Source: an uncultured Desulfobacter sp.
GTDB taxonomy: Bacteria; Desulfobacterota; Desulfobacteria; Desulfobacterales; Desulfobacteraceae
Direction: 5' to 3'
Length of the DNA: 64,000 bases
Assembly: GCA_963665095.1 (NCBI GenBank)
Contig: OY762069.1
Location: 6,784,001 to 6,848,000, forward strand
Positions 29,742 through 40,350 of this stretch are shown piece by piece. A program made the translations under genes and the position numbers. The notes under the pieces were generated by a model. The model ran no database searches. It was not told where the DNA came from and was given only the letters and a program-made list of their open reading frames with translations. Positions within the stretch are counted from its first letter, which is position 1, and every line of letters starts with the position of its first letter.

Positions 29742-29752
29742 GCAAGTATTTT

Positions 29753-29840
29753 TGGCGGAGGAGGTAGGATTCGAACCCACGAGGCTGTTACACCTAACGG
29801 TTTTCAAGACCGCCGCCTTCAACCGCTCGGCCACTCCTCC
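29753..29840 (-). tRNA. tRNA-Ser(TGA)
   Basis: GGAGGAG/CTCCTCC acceptor stem, GCGGT-CT-TGA-AA-ACCGT anticodon arm, long variable arm, encoded CCA. Confidence 0.97.
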
Positions 29841-29855
29841 AAAAATAACCCGCGC

Positions 29856-29884
29856 AATATAACATCTTGTTTCTGGTTGGTCAA
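29856..29884 (-). promoter_or_regulatory. tRNA operon promoter
   Basis: TTGACC-17 bp-TATATT, extended TG, GC-rich discriminator gcgcgg. Confidence 0.75.
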
Positions 29885-30008
29885 TTAAAAAGTCAAAGAG
29901 AAAAAGGCAGAAATCAGACAAACAGATCATAGCCTGTACAACGGGCTTTTTATGTCCTTTATTTCCGGGAACAGCCTTATAAACAGCGGCTTAAAGACGT
30001 TTAAATCA

Positions 30009-30036
30009 TTGACAGGTGAAATCAATGGGCTATATT
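30009..30036 (+). promoter_or_regulatory. sigma70-type promoter of the argS operon
   Basis: TTGACA-16 bp-TATATT. Confidence 0.6.
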
Positions 30037-30075
30037 AAGAAGTTTCAAGTCAATAGATGATAACAGGAGAAATTA

Positions 30076-30528
30076 ATGAAGCAAAAAATCAGGTTTGAAA
30101 AAAATACCAAAGATGGTGTGTTCACCGTGCTTGAATCCAGCGAGGTCGATCCGGGTGTCGTTATGCCGCTGCAGGAGGAGGAGTATGACCTTGATCAGGT
30201 GGCAAATGCCGTGGCAGAAGGGTTTACAGCCTTTTTAACCGTATTTCGGCGCCGCAGTTTTTTCCCCCCCAGGGATCTGTCCGAAAGATTATTTGAAAGT
30301 GCCCAGCAGTTTTTTGCCGACCCTGATGCTGATAAGGTTGAGATAGAATATAATGATATAGACGCCTTTCCCGGGGAAGAAGATTTCCGCCTTGATGACG
30401 ATGATGTGGAACTCGATGCGCTGCTGGATGAAGATGGGGATACCAAGGAAGACGAGATCAAAGAGATTGATGATGAAGATGATACCCCCAGATTCACCCC
30501 TGAAGATACTTCTGAACACGAGAATTAA
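30076..30528 (+). CDS. Hypothetical protein with very acidic C-terminal tail
   Basis: AGGAG RBS; stop 6 nt before argS. Confidence 0.85.
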   Translation: MKQKIRFEKNTKDGVFTVLESSEVDPGVVMPLQEEEYDLDQVANAVAEGFTAFLTVFRRRSFFPPRDLSERLFESAQQFFADPDADKVEIEYNDIDAFPGEEDFRLDDDDVELDALLDEDGDTKEDEIKEIDDEDDTPRFTPEDTSEHEN

Positions 30529-30534
30529 TTCCAT

Positions 30535-32220
30535 ATGAAAACAAAAATCAGAGCCATGGTCCTCAATGCCGCTGCCGTTGCTTTTGAAAAGGGCCTTTTG
30601 CCTTCAAACCAGGTACCGGATTTCGAGGTTGAGGTACCCAAGCATGACGGGCAGGGGGATTTTTCAACCAATTTTGCCATGGTTTCAGCCAAAACCCAAA
30701 AGATGGCGCCGGCTAAAATAGCTAAAATTATAGTAGATATTATGTCTTCGCCGGACGACAAGGAGATGGGACAGGCGCTCGAGAAAATAGAGACAGCCGG
30801 ACCCGGATTCATCAATTTTTTCCTGGCCCATTTTTCCTGGCACCCGGTGGTGGACCAGGTGCTGGCTCAGGATACTGCCTTTGGTGCCTCGGATTTTGGC
30901 AAAGATGAAAAAGTCCAGGTGGAGTTTGTCTCTGCCAATCCCACAGGCCCGCTTCATGTGGGGCATGGACGGGGTGCGGCTGTGGGTGATGCGGTGGGCA
31001 ATATCCTCTCCTTTGCCGGGTTTGATGTACAAAAGGAGTATTATATTAATGATTCCGGCCGTCAGATCCGTACCCTTGGTACCTCTGTATGGCTGCGCTT
31101 GCAGCAGTCCCAGGGCAAAGAGATTGATTTTCCGGAGGATTGCTACCAGGGGGATTATATCCGCACCCTGGCCCAGGAGGTGCTTGACGCCCGGGGGGTG
31201 GACGTGGTTGAGGTCCCTGATGCTGAAGGTATAGATATCTGTGCCCGCTTTGCGGCCGGCAGGATTCTGGAAGATATCCGGTCAGACCTTGATGCTTTCG
31301 GGGTGGGTTTTGATAACTGGTTCAGTGAGCAGAGCCTTTATGATTCCGGCCGGGTGGCATCGGCCATTGAGAATTTTAAGCAGAAAGACCTGATTTATGA
31401 AAAGGACGGTGCTTTATGGTTCCGTACAGAACAGTTCGGAGATGAAAAAGACCGGGTGGTGGTTCGAAATAACGGGCTGACCACCTATTTTGCCTCGGAT
31501 ATTGCCTACCATGATGAAAAATATGAACGCGGGTTTGACCGGGTTATTGATGTCTGGGGCGCAGACCATCACGGATACATTAATCGGATTAATGCGGCTG
31601 TTGTGGCCACAGGGCGTAAAAGTGAACAGTTTGAGGTTATTCTGGTGCGGCTGGTTAACCTGCTCCGGGACGGCCAGCCCGTACAGATGTCCACCCGGGC
31701 CGGGGAATTTGTGACCCTTAAAGATATTGTGGACGAAGTGGGCAAAGATGCGGCAAGGTTTATGTTTTTGAGCCGCAGTTATGATTCCGGACTGGACTTT
31801 GATCTGGAACTGGCCAAGAAAAAAAGTTCTGACAATCCAGTGTATTATGTGCAGTATGTCCATGCCAGAATCAGCGGCATTTTAGGCAAGGCAATGGAGC
31901 AAGGCTTTATTGAACAGGCGGATTTTAATAAGGGTGTTCATCTTGACCTGCTTGTGGCGGAAGAGGAATTAAAGCTGATCAAGCATCTGGCAGGATTTAA
32001 GGAGCAGGTGGAGAAAAGTGCGGCAACACTTCATCCCCATGTGATTTTTACCTATCTGATGGCCCTTGCGTCTGCATTCCACGCCTATTATAACCATCAT
32101 AAAGTTATCACGGATGATAAACCGCTGTCTTTGGCACGGTTATCCCTGGTACTGGCGGTTAAAAAGGTTATCCGGAACGGACTTGGGCTTTTAGGGGTGT
32201 CTGCCCCTGAAAAAATGTAA
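30535..32220 (+). CDS. argS: Arginine--tRNA ligase
   Basis: [45 protein letters not shown]. Confidence 0.98.
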   Translation: MKTKIRAMVLNAAAVAFEKGLLPSNQVPDFEVEVPKHDGQGDFSTNFAMVSAKTQKMAPAKIAKIIVDIMSSPDDKEMGQALEKIETAGPGFINFFLAHFSWHPVVDQVLAQDTAFGASDFGKDEKVQVEFVSANPTGPLHVGHGRGAAVGDAVGNILSFAGFDVQKEYYINDSGRQIRTLGTSVWLRLQQSQGKEIDFPEDCYQGDYIRTLAQEVLDARGVDVVEVPDAEGIDICARFAAGRILEDIRSDLDAFGVGFDNWFSEQSLYDSGRVASAIENFKQKDLIYEKDGALWFRTEQFGDEKDRVVVRNNGLTTYFASDIAYHDEKYERGFDRVIDVWGADHHGYINRINAAVVATGRKSEQFEVILVRLVNLLRDGQPVQMSTRAGEFVTLKDIVDEVGKDAARFMFLSRSYDSGLDFDLELAKKKSSDNPVYYVQYVHARISGILGKAMEQGFIEQADFNKGVHLDLLVAEEELKLIKHLAGFKEQVEKSAATLHPHVIFTYLMALASAFHAYYNHHKVITDDKPLSLARLSLVLAVKKVIRNGLGLLGVSAPEKM

Positions 32221-32272
32221 GGGGGTTCAGATCCGCGGAATCGGGGCATACGGCAGATATATTCTGATTGGT

Positions 32273-32995
32273 TTGTGGATGTTTGCACTGGGTATGTTTG
32301 TCGGCAGGAACAGCGGTCCTGTCTGTTTTGAGACCCGGCCCTTTCAGGAGCGCATCGGCAAGATGGTGATGGCTCTGGCCGACAAAAGACCCGACGAAAA
32401 AAAAATGGAACTGGAGTTTTATAAAGACCTTGCAGAACCGGTCTATCATCCCATCAAAGGTCGAGACGAAGATTCAACGCAAACGGCCTCTGCTGCGGGT
32501 TTGCCGGAAAATGCAGACAGTCCGGAAAACAGATCTGAAGCAGCTGTGATCCCGATGAAACACAGTAAAAAGCTGGCAACGCTGAATTTGCTGCCGGCTG
32601 AAAGTAAGGCCCCAAAAGTTGCATCGGGAAAAAAGAGTATACCGCCGGAACAAAAGCTTCAACGCTCTGGTATAACTAAAAATACCGCTATCAAACCATC
32701 ATCACCTGTCGGCGGTGAATCTCTGAATACAAATGCAGGCGGACAAGCGACACAGGCCGCACAGGGTGCATATACCATTCAAGTGGCCTCATATAAAAAT
32801 TTTAATGACGCTGTAACCCAGATGACCATCCTGGAAAAAAAAGGAATTTCTTCATACCGGGTGCGTGGAGAATTGGACGGCACAACCTGGTACCGGGTAA
32901 GAACCGGATCTTTTGCAGATTATAAAGCCGCCCAGGCGGGTCTGGACGCGCTTGGGCGCAACGGTGTCAAAGGAATGGTTATAAAAAAGGAATAA
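32273..32995 (+). CDS. SPOR-domain (FtsN-like) cell division protein; true start probably upstream
   Basis: TM segment FALGMFVGR, LEFYKDL, C-terminal YTIQVASY...WYRVRTG; argS-SPOR synteny. Confidence 0.85.
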   Translation: MWMFALGMFVGRNSGPVCFETRPFQERIGKMVMALADKRPDEKKMELEFYKDLAEPVYHPIKGRDEDSTQTASAAGLPENADSPENRSEAAVIPMKHSKKLATLNLLPAESKAPKVASGKKSIPPEQKLQRSGITKNTAIKPSSPVGGESLNTNAGGQATQAAQGAYTIQVASYKNFNDAVTQMTILEKKGISSYRVRGELDGTTWYRVRTGSFADYKAAQAGLDALGRNGVKGMVIKKE

Positions 32996-32997
32996 GC

Positions 32998-33285
32998 ATG
33001 AAAATATCACAGCAGGAAGTCGAAAAAATAACCCATCTGGCCCGGCTGGATGTGGCGGACGATCTCAAAGAGACCCTGGCCGGTCAGTTAAGTGACATTC
33101 TTGACTATATAGATACTTTAAAGGATGTAAATGTGGAAGGGGTTGCACCGGCATCCGGGGCGGCGTTTATAAATAATGTACTCAGGGAGGACACGCCTGC
33201 ACCATCTCCGGGGCCTGATGTCACCCTGGCCAATGCCCCGGAACGCGACGAAGATTTTTATGTGGTGCCCAAAGTAGTGAAATAG
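32998..33285 (+). CDS. gatC: Asp/Glu-tRNA amidotransferase subunit C
   Basis: HLARL, LRED, NAP...VPKV. Confidence 0.96.
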   Translation: MKISQQEVEKITHLARLDVADDLKETLAGQLSDILDYIDTLKDVNVEGVAPASGAAFINNVLREDTPAPSPGPDVTLANAPERDEDFYVVPKVVK

Positions 33286-33303
33286 GTATAAAAAGGAAGC
33301 AAA

Positions 33304-34776
33304 ATGAATCTGCACACCCTGACCATTGCACAGGCCCGGGATCTCTTGGTCAAAAAGGAGATCTCTTCGGTTGAACTGACCAAAGCCTTTCTTGAACGTA
33401 TTGAAAAATTTGATGGCGGCATTGGTGCCTTTATCACAATGGACCCTGATTTTGCCCTGGCACAGGCCCAAAAGGCGGACCAGGTGATCGCCAAAGGTGA
33501 ACAAAAGGAATTCACCGGGATTCCGGTGGCATTAAAAGACCTTTTGTGTACCAAGGGCGTAAAAACCACCTGCGCGTCAAAAATTCTTGAAAATTTTGTT
33601 CCCCAGTACGATGCCACAGTGGTGGAGAAGTTTAAGGCCCAGAATGCCGTACTTATTGGCAAAACCAATATGGATGAGTTTGCCATGGGCTCTTCCACGG
33701 AAAATTCCGCCTTTTTCGCCACCCGCAATCCCTGGAATGCTGATTGTATCCCGGGTGGCTCTTCAGGCGGGTCTGCTGCCGCTGTCGCTGCTCAGTTCTG
33801 TGCCGGTGCGGTGGGGACCGATACCGGCGGATCCATACGTCAGCCAGCCTCCCACTGCGGGGTGGTGGGGCTTAAGCCTACCTACGGCCGAGTTTCCCGG
33901 TACGGGGTGGTGGCCTATGCATCTTCTCTGGATCAGGTGGGGCCCATTACGCGGGATGTGACGGATGCAGCCATGATGCTGAACCTGTTGGGCGGTCATG
34001 ATCCCAAAGACTCCACCAGTGCGCCAGAGGATATGCCGGATTTTACTGACGGCATTGCCATGTATAAAGACAAGGGGCTTTCCGGCATGACAGCCGGCAT
34101 CCCTAAAGAGTTTGCAAGCCTTGATGGTGTTGATCCTGAGGTCATGGAGATGTTTGAGAATGCCAGGAAGACCCTGGAGGGATTGGGCGTAACAATCAAA
34201 GAGATCTCTTTGCCCCACACCAATTACGTGGTGGCTGCCTACTATATCATTGCCCCCTGTGAAGCCAGTGCCAACCTTGCCCGGTTCGACGGGGTGAGAT
34301 ACGGATACAGGGATATGGGATCCAACGACCTGATTGATATGTATAAAAAGACAAAGTCCAAGGGTTTTGGCCTTGAGGTCCAGCGCAGGATTATTATCGG
34401 CACCTATTCCCTGTCTGCCGGATATTATGATGCATATTACGGACGTTCCTCCCAGGTTCGGGCCCTTATTATGGATGATTTCAGGCGCGCCTTTGAGGTG
34501 TGTGACATTATTCTGTCTCCTGTGGCGCCGACCCCGGCGTTCAAGATCGGGGAGAATGTGGAAGATCCTTTGACCATGTATTTAAGCGATATTTTTACCC
34601 TGTCTGCAAATATGGCAGCCGTGCCCGGCCTTTCCGTGCCTGCCGGTATCAGCAGCAAGGGGCTTCCCATGGGGCTTCAGATGATGGCCCGGCATTTTGA
34701 TGAGGTCTCCCTGATTCGGGCAGGGTTTGGATTTGAGCAGGCCGTGGGAAAAAAATTCGGATTTCCCGAACTGTAA
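33304..34776 (+). CDS. gatA: Asp/Glu-tRNA amidotransferase subunit A
   Basis: [52 protein letters not shown]. Confidence 0.98.
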   Translation: MNLHTLTIAQARDLLVKKEISSVELTKAFLERIEKFDGGIGAFITMDPDFALAQAQKADQVIAKGEQKEFTGIPVALKDLLCTKGVKTTCASKILENFVPQYDATVVEKFKAQNAVLIGKTNMDEFAMGSSTENSAFFATRNPWNADCIPGGSSGGSAAAVAAQFCAGAVGTDTGGSIRQPASHCGVVGLKPTYGRVSRYGVVAYASSLDQVGPITRDVTDAAMMLNLLGGHDPKDSTSAPEDMPDFTDGIAMYKDKGLSGMTAGIPKEFASLDGVDPEVMEMFENARKTLEGLGVTIKEISLPHTNYVVAAYYIIAPCEASANLARFDGVRYGYRDMGSNDLIDMYKKTKSKGFGLEVQRRIIIGTYSLSAGYYDAYYGRSSQVRALIMDDFRRAFEVCDIILSPVAPTPAFKIGENVEDPLTMYLSDIFTLSANMAAVPGLSVPAGISSKGLPMGLQMMARHFDEVSLIRAGFGFEQAVGKKFGFPEL

Positions 34777-34892
34777 GTGTTTGAGTCAGTCCTGCCCGGG
34801 CATGATGCAGGCGGCGTGGTGTAAGAGTATCACTGCGTTACCTGCTGCAACCCGGCAGGAACAACACGCAGGATCACACAAGGAGAAGACCT

Positions 34893-35084
34893 ATGTCCAC
34901 CATCATGCCCCAAAGTGATCGTTTAAAAAAAGCCATTGAATGGATAAGCGAGCAGCGTAAGGCCGAATCTGACCGGAATTTGACGGCCCTGGCCGATGAG
35001 GCGGCCTTTCGTTTTGATTTGAGCCCCAAAGACGGAGAGTTTCTGCTTCGTTTCCTTAAAGAAGGACCGGATAATATGCCATGA
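34893..35084 (+). CDS. Small hypothetical protein (63 aa) coupled to mutL
   Basis: AAGGAG RBS; ATGA overlap with mutL. Confidence 0.75.
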   Translation: MSTIMPQSDRLKKAIEWISEQRKAESDRNLTALADEAAFRFDLSPKDGEFLLRFLKEGPDNMP

Positions 35085-37054
35085 GCCGGATCCGTATTCT
35101 GCCCGATATCCTCTCCAACCAGATCGCTGCCGGCGAGGTAGTGCAGCGGCCGGTGTCGGTGGTTAAAGAGCTGGTGGAAAATAGCATGGATGCGGGTGCT
35201 GACCGGATTATGGTGGAGATCGAAAACGGCGGGAAGTCTCTGATACGGGTGTCTGACAATGGCGAGGGATTATCACGGGATGAAGCGGTGCTGGCCCTGG
35301 AACGGTATGCAACATCAAAAATATACACCAAGGACGATCTGTTCTCCATCACCACATTCGGGTTCAGGGGCGAGGCGCTTCCTTCCATTGCATCGGTGTC
35401 TAAGTTTTGCCTGGTTTCACGGACCCGGGGGAGTGACACCGGAACAAACGTGGCATTGACCGGTGGCAAACTATCCGGCGTGACCGATACCGGAGCGCCT
35501 CCCGGCACCATGGTGGAGGTCCGGCAGTTGTTTTTCAACACACCTGCCCGCAGAAAGTTTTTAAAAAGTGAGAATACCGAATCCGGCCATATTTCCGATG
35601 CCCTTGCCGGACTTGCCATGGGAAACCCGCAGGTGGGATTTCGTCTTGTTGTCAATCGTAAGCTGATTAAAAATTTTCCTCCGGGACAGACTCTTTTCCA
35701 GCGGGCGCAGATGGTGCTTGGAAAAGAGGCCTCTGGACATCTATATGAGATGCAGTGGCCCCGGTTGTCCGAAAGAAGCGGACCAGACGGCATACAAGAC
35801 GATCTTGTTATTCACGGAGTGTGCGCCAATCCAAACATTTCCCGGAGTACATCCGGCCGGATTTATCTTTTTGTCAACCGGCGGCTGGTGTATGACCGGG
35901 GGCTGGTTGCCGCCATGTTTCAGGGGTACCGGGGCAGGATTATGAAGGGACGGTATCCGGTGGGAGCGGTTTGTGTGGAGTTGCCCTGCGACCAGGTGGA
36001 TGTCAATGTGCATCCGACTAAACGTGAAATTAAATTTATCTCCCCTGCACCTGTATATCATGCCCTGACCCGGGCCGTATCTGACGCCTTGGCCAAAGGC
36101 CAGGAAGATAAAATGTCTTATTCCCGTGCGGTTATACAGGAGCGGCAAGCCCCGGTGCCGGTTAGAGATGCCTTGGAAGCGGATGTACTGTCTTATAAAA
36201 AGGAGACGCCGGATTTGTTTGGCAGAGCACAGCCAAAGGAGTCCCCGCCGGTCTATGGGGCTGAGGATCGTGATTCTCAGACTCTGCAAGTCAAAGAGAC
36301 CGTGCAGACAGGTACCGCCCTGTACGGTCAGTGGGATCTGGAAAAAGAAAAAGAGGAACGTCCTGCTTTTTCAGCTAATGAAAAAAACACATTAGAGTCT
36401 GAGGGCGGGGTGCCGGTGGGGCGCTGTCCGGAAACAGATTTTCCTGCATCTTCAGAATCGTTTTTAAATTCATCCTCCCTTTTCAGGGTCATCGGTCAGG
36501 TGTTAAATACCTATATTGTGGTAGAAAGAGACAATCACCTGATTCTTGTAGATCAGCACGCTGCCCATGAACGTATTATGTTTGAAGAACTCGAACGTCG
36601 TTATCGCAGCCTGGATGTTCAAAGCCAGACACTGGCCGTTCCTGAGGTGCTGGATCTGACGCACAAGGAGGCTGTGCTGCTTGAGGCCATTATTGATGAA
36701 CTGGCCTCCTTTGGTATTGGAATTGAACCCTTTGGGGGGACTTCCTTTGTGATAAAATCGGTACCCGTGCTGGTGGAAGAGAAACAGGTGGGGAAAATGG
36801 TTCAGGAGATCGTGGAAAAAATAAGCCGGGATAACGGCACAGGGCTCAAAGATCAGTGGCTTGAGGATTGCCTTTCTACCATGGCCTGTCACAGAGCGGT
36901 CAGGGCCAACCAGGCCATGGACAGCAAGGAGATGACCGCTTTAATAGAAGCACTGTTTCAGTGCAGCAATCCAATGCACTGCCCGCATGGCCGTCCCATC
37001 ATTGTTTCCTTTGATGCCCGCCGGCTTGAAAAGCTGTTCAAAAGACTTGTGTGA
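35081..37054 (+). CDS. mutL: DNA mismatch repair endonuclease MutL
   Basis: NQIAAGEVV, GFRGEAL, DVNVHPTK, DQHAAHER, CPHGRP. Confidence 0.98.
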   Translation: MSRIRILPDILSNQIAAGEVVQRPVSVVKELVENSMDAGADRIMVEIENGGKSLIRVSDNGEGLSRDEAVLALERYATSKIYTKDDLFSITTFGFRGEALPSIASVSKFCLVSRTRGSDTGTNVALTGGKLSGVTDTGAPPGTMVEVRQLFFNTPARRKFLKSENTESGHISDALAGLAMGNPQVGFRLVVNRKLIKNFPPGQTLFQRAQMVLGKEASGHLYEMQWPRLSERSGPDGIQDDLVIHGVCANPNISRSTSGRIYLFVNRRLVYDRGLVAAMFQGYRGRIMKGRYPVGAVCVELPCDQVDVNVHPTKREIKFISPAPVYHALTRAVSDALAKGQEDKMSYSRAVIQERQAPVPVRDALEADVLSYKKETPDLFGRAQPKESPPVYGAEDRDSQTLQVKETVQTGTALYGQWDLEKEKEERPAFSANEKNTLESEGGVPVGRCPETDFPASSESFLNSSSLFRVIGQVLNTYIVVERDNHLILVDQHAAHERIMFEELERRYRSLDVQSQTLAVPEVLDLTHKEAVLLEAIIDELASFGIGIEPFGGTSFVIKSVPVLVEEKQVGKMVQEIVEKISRDNGTGLKDQWLEDCLSTMACHRAVRANQAMDSKEMTALIEALFQCSNPMHCPHGRPIIVSFDARRLEKLFKRLV

Positions 37055-37198
37055 CATCAGGGGATGGGATATAAACCGGGGACATTTATGTCTGGATTTT
37101 CATGCCATGAAGGCAGCAGAAAATCGGAAAAAAGTGAGCGGACCTGATGCACAGCCTTTAAGGTCCGGCAAGATTAATCTGACAGGAGTTAAAATTCC

Positions 37199-38851
37199 AT
37201 GCAAAAATTTACGCGAACCAGGCTGCATCCCACGGCAGTTGTCTCTGCCATTGTTCTTTTACTCTTTGCATTATTATCTGTTTTTTCAGTTAATCAAGGA
37301 TTCTGCGACGCACCTAAAACCGTGGCTGTCTTTCCCTTTGAGATGAATTCTTCCCAGGATTTGACCTTTTTGCAGAAGGGGTTGGTTTCAATGCTTTCCT
37401 CTCGCCTGTCTGATGCAGGAAAGGTTGAGATTCTGGGCCGGGAAACCATTGACCAGGCCCTTGCTGACGCAAAGGCTCAAGGGCTTGTTAAAGACAGCTT
37501 CACTGAAGCGGCGGCCAGAGAGATAGGGAAAGATCTGGGCGTGGATTACGTACTTTTCGGGAGCCTGACTCATTTTGGAGAAAGTGTCAGCCTGGATGCC
37601 TCCATGGTTGATGTTACAGGCCAGCAGGAGACCCTGACTTTTTTTGAGCAGAGCAACTCCATGGGGGATGTGATCCCTTTGGTCAATACCTTTGCCGGGG
37701 ACATCAATATGAAGGTGTTCAACCGCAATATTGACAATAGATTGTATGCCGCGCCCCAGAAAAAACCGACAACATCTGGCGGGCTTCAACCTGTCGGCGG
37801 TGCCGGACTTCATGGGGGCGGAATGATGGCTATGCAGGCAGCCCAAAGTTTTAGCACCCATCTTAAGGTGGATGACGTGATCAGGGCCATGGCCATCGGA
37901 GATCTTAACAAAGACGGACGGACCCAGGTGGTTACAGCAACGGATTCTGCGCTGCAGATTTACCACTATGACAGCGGTCTGCTGACCCTTGAAGAGAATA
38001 TTACCTATCAATCCTATCTGAGAATTATCGGCCTGGATGTGGCAGATATCAATGGCAATGGATATCCGGAGATTTTTGTCACCGCCATGACTATTAACCG
38101 GGAGACCCTGTCCTCTTTTGTTGTGGAATATAATGGATCTTCCTATGCCTCGCTGGTTGATGGACTTTCCTATTACTTCCGGATCATTGACTCCGGGGAC
38201 GGGACTCCGGTGCTTTATGCGCAGGATAAGGGCCGGGGGCCGTTTGCCGGCAAAATTTACATCATGAATCCAGCCGGCAATGGGTATGAAGAGAGTAAAA
38301 AGGTTCGCATGCCCAGGGGGACTTGTGTCCTTTCCCTTGCCAGGGGGGCGGTCCGGGAAGATGCTGCCAATGATTTTCTATGCATCAATCAGCATAACCG
38401 CCTGATTCTCATCAGCGACACAGGCAAGGATGAGTGGGAAAGTACAGATAAATATGGAAAAACGAATAATTACTGGTTGTTGGATGCTTCCGGCGGAAAT
38501 GATGGCTATCAGGAGCGGGCATACCTTAATCCCAGGATAAAATTTTCTACTATGGGTGAGGAAAAAAAGAATAAAGCATTTATTGTGACCAATACTGAAG
38601 CGGGGGGGGGATCCATCGGGCGAATTAAGCGGTTTAAGGAGGGACGCATCGGGGTCATGTCCTGGAATGGGATCGCAATGGCGCCGGTTTTTGAGACAAT
38701 GCCGCTTCAAGGCTGGATATCTGATTTTGACATTGCCGACATAGACAATGATGGGAAAAAAGAATTAGTGATTTCAGTTGTCAGCGGCAGCAAACTGGCG
38801 ATAATTGCCAAGGATAAGGCCTCAAACATTATCTCCTATAAACTGGAGTAA
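37199..38851 (+). CDS. Exported protein: TolB-N/CsgG-like domain plus FG-GAP/VCBS repeats
   Basis: Signal peptide; VAVFPF...DYVLFGSL; GDLNKDG, ADINGNGYPEI, ADIDNDGKKEL. Confidence 0.8.
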   Translation: MQKFTRTRLHPTAVVSAIVLLLFALLSVFSVNQGFCDAPKTVAVFPFEMNSSQDLTFLQKGLVSMLSSRLSDAGKVEILGRETIDQALADAKAQGLVKDSFTEAAAREIGKDLGVDYVLFGSLTHFGESVSLDASMVDVTGQQETLTFFEQSNSMGDVIPLVNTFAGDINMKVFNRNIDNRLYAAPQKKPTTSGGLQPVGGAGLHGGGMMAMQAAQSFSTHLKVDDVIRAMAIGDLNKDGRTQVVTATDSALQIYHYDSGLLTLEENITYQSYLRIIGLDVADINGNGYPEIFVTAMTINRETLSSFVVEYNGSSYASLVDGLSYYFRIIDSGDGTPVLYAQDKGRGPFAGKIYIMNPAGNGYEESKKVRMPRGTCVLSLARGAVREDAANDFLCINQHNRLILISDTGKDEWESTDKYGKTNNYWLLDASGGNDGYQERAYLNPRIKFSTMGEEKKNKAFIVTNTEAGGGSIGRIKRFKEGRIGVMSWNGIAMAPVFETMPLQGWISDFDIADIDNDGKKELVISVVSGSKLAIIAKDKASNIISYKLE

Positions 38852-38977
38852 ATGAAAAAAGATTTGACAAAGACTGAAAAAAAGAATTAAGTAGGAAACT
38901 GATTCGGTGTTTGGCTTTAAAAGGAGGCTTGATACTGAATCTCAGGCAGTTTGTTTTAATTTTAAAAGGAGAAAAAG

Positions 38978-39997
38978 ATGAAAAAATTGATAGTTGCTGT
39001 AGCAGCCCTTGCTCTGATGGCAGGTTCTGCATATGCAGCAGAGTGGAATTTCTACGGGAATGCCCGTGTACAGACTAGTTGGTATAATTGCGATGTGATT
39101 GACGGTGCCTCTGGGGATACCGTTTATTCTGAAGGCCTTTTGAGCACAGCCAGAATTGGTGCCAAAGTTAAAGTATCTGACGAACTGAGCGGCCGTTTTG
39201 AGTACGGTGCAAGTGGCGGGAATGCTAATGTTCGTCATTTGTACGGGACCTGGGATTTCGGCGGCGGTTCTCTGACGATTGGTCAGACTGACACTGCTCT
39301 TAACATCACTTACTCCAGCCAGATTGCTTTGTCCAACTTCTCCACTGAAAACGGTCTGGGCGGATTTGGTGATTGCGATACCGGTCGTGCTCCTCAGTTG
39401 ATGCTGACCTTTGGCGGATTCAAAATTTCTGTGCTTGCAACCAGCACTGATAACAATTACAGCGTAGATACTGAAGCTGTTATCCCTAAAATTGTTTTAA
39501 GCTATACATTTGGATTTGACATGGGTGAAGTTACTTTGGGTGGTGGTTATAATACTTTTGATGCTGCCGATGAAGATATTACCTCCTATGTCGTTGGTGC
39601 TGGCACCAATCTGAATTTTGGCCCGGCCGGTTTATTTGCCACTGCTGTATATGGTCAGAATACCGGCAACATTGTTGGACCGACATATACCGGTATAGGA
39701 GCTATTGCTGGTACTACCGTCACTGGTGAAATAAATGATGTTGAAACTATGGGTTTCACTTTTGGTCTTCTTTTTACGGTTAACGATATGTTCGCCCTTG
39801 AAGCCGGTTATGGTTATGTTGTAGACGAATATGACGAAGGTGGTGCCAAAGATAAGGCCGAATCTTACTATATCCAGGCTCCCATCACACTTGCCCCGGG
39901 CGTTGTTGTGGTTCCAGAAGTTGGTATCGTGGATATGAAAGAGACCGCCCAGAACGAATGGACCTATTTTGGTGCCAAATGGCAGATCAACTTCTAA
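38978..39997 (+). CDS. Outer-membrane porin-like beta-barrel 1
   Basis: Signal peptide AYA, WNFYGNARV, amphipathic strands, C-terminal FGAKWQINF. Confidence 0.85.
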   Translation: MKKLIVAVAALALMAGSAYAAEWNFYGNARVQTSWYNCDVIDGASGDTVYSEGLLSTARIGAKVKVSDELSGRFEYGASGGNANVRHLYGTWDFGGGSLTIGQTDTALNITYSSQIALSNFSTENGLGGFGDCDTGRAPQLMLTFGGFKISVLATSTDNNYSVDTEAVIPKIVLSYTFGFDMGEVTLGGGYNTFDAADEDITSYVVGAGTNLNFGPAGLFATAVYGQNTGNIVGPTYTGIGAIAGTTVTGEINDVETMGFTFGLLFTVNDMFALEAGYGYVVDEYDEGGAKDKAESYYIQAPITLAPGVVVVPEVGIVDMKETAQNEWTYFGAKWQINF

Positions 39998-40035
39998 TTT
40001 AGAAGTTACCCCAAATATTAAAGCTGCCTGATTTT

Positions 40036-40076
40036 AACGGGCTGCTGGTCATAGTGACCAGCAGCCCGTTTTTTTT
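40036..40076 (+). terminator. Intrinsic terminator after porin 1
   Basis: Perfect 16-bp stem aacgggctgctggtca/tgaccagcagcccgtt plus T run. Confidence 0.9.
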
Positions 40077-40175
40077 ATTGTTCTTGTTTTTTTCGGGTAA
40101 TTTTACTGCTTTTCATCAGGGCGATAACAGTAAACGGTATTAATTTTTTTTATTTTATTAATTTATTTTTTAAAA

Positions 40176-40205
40176 TGTAAAAAAATGTTTACAAAATCAT
40201 TGACA
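40176..40205 (+). promoter_or_regulatory. Palindromic operator TGTAAA-N6-TTTACA next to the TTGACA -35 of porin 2
   Basis: TGTAAA aaaatg TTTACA at 40176-40193; TTGACA at 40200-40205. Confidence 0.5.
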
Positions 40206-40350
40206 ACAGGTCTTGGTTTCTGATTTAGTGAGGCATGCGTTAATTTGAGTACGGTCTTTCCCTATATATAAACAAGCGTTTGAAAAGGAGCGTTTGTTTT
40301 TTTTCAGGCGGGAAAACCAAAGTATCAATCCCTCAACAAAAGGAGAAAAG

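Noticed and set aside
29753..29840. Possible tRNA-Sec supporting the selenoprotein
   Set aside because: Anticodon is TGA (reads UCA, Ser), not TCA; normal 7-bp acceptor stem.
29643..29930. 81-aa and 75-aa ORFs over the tRNAs
   Set aside because: Spurious translations of tRNA sequence.
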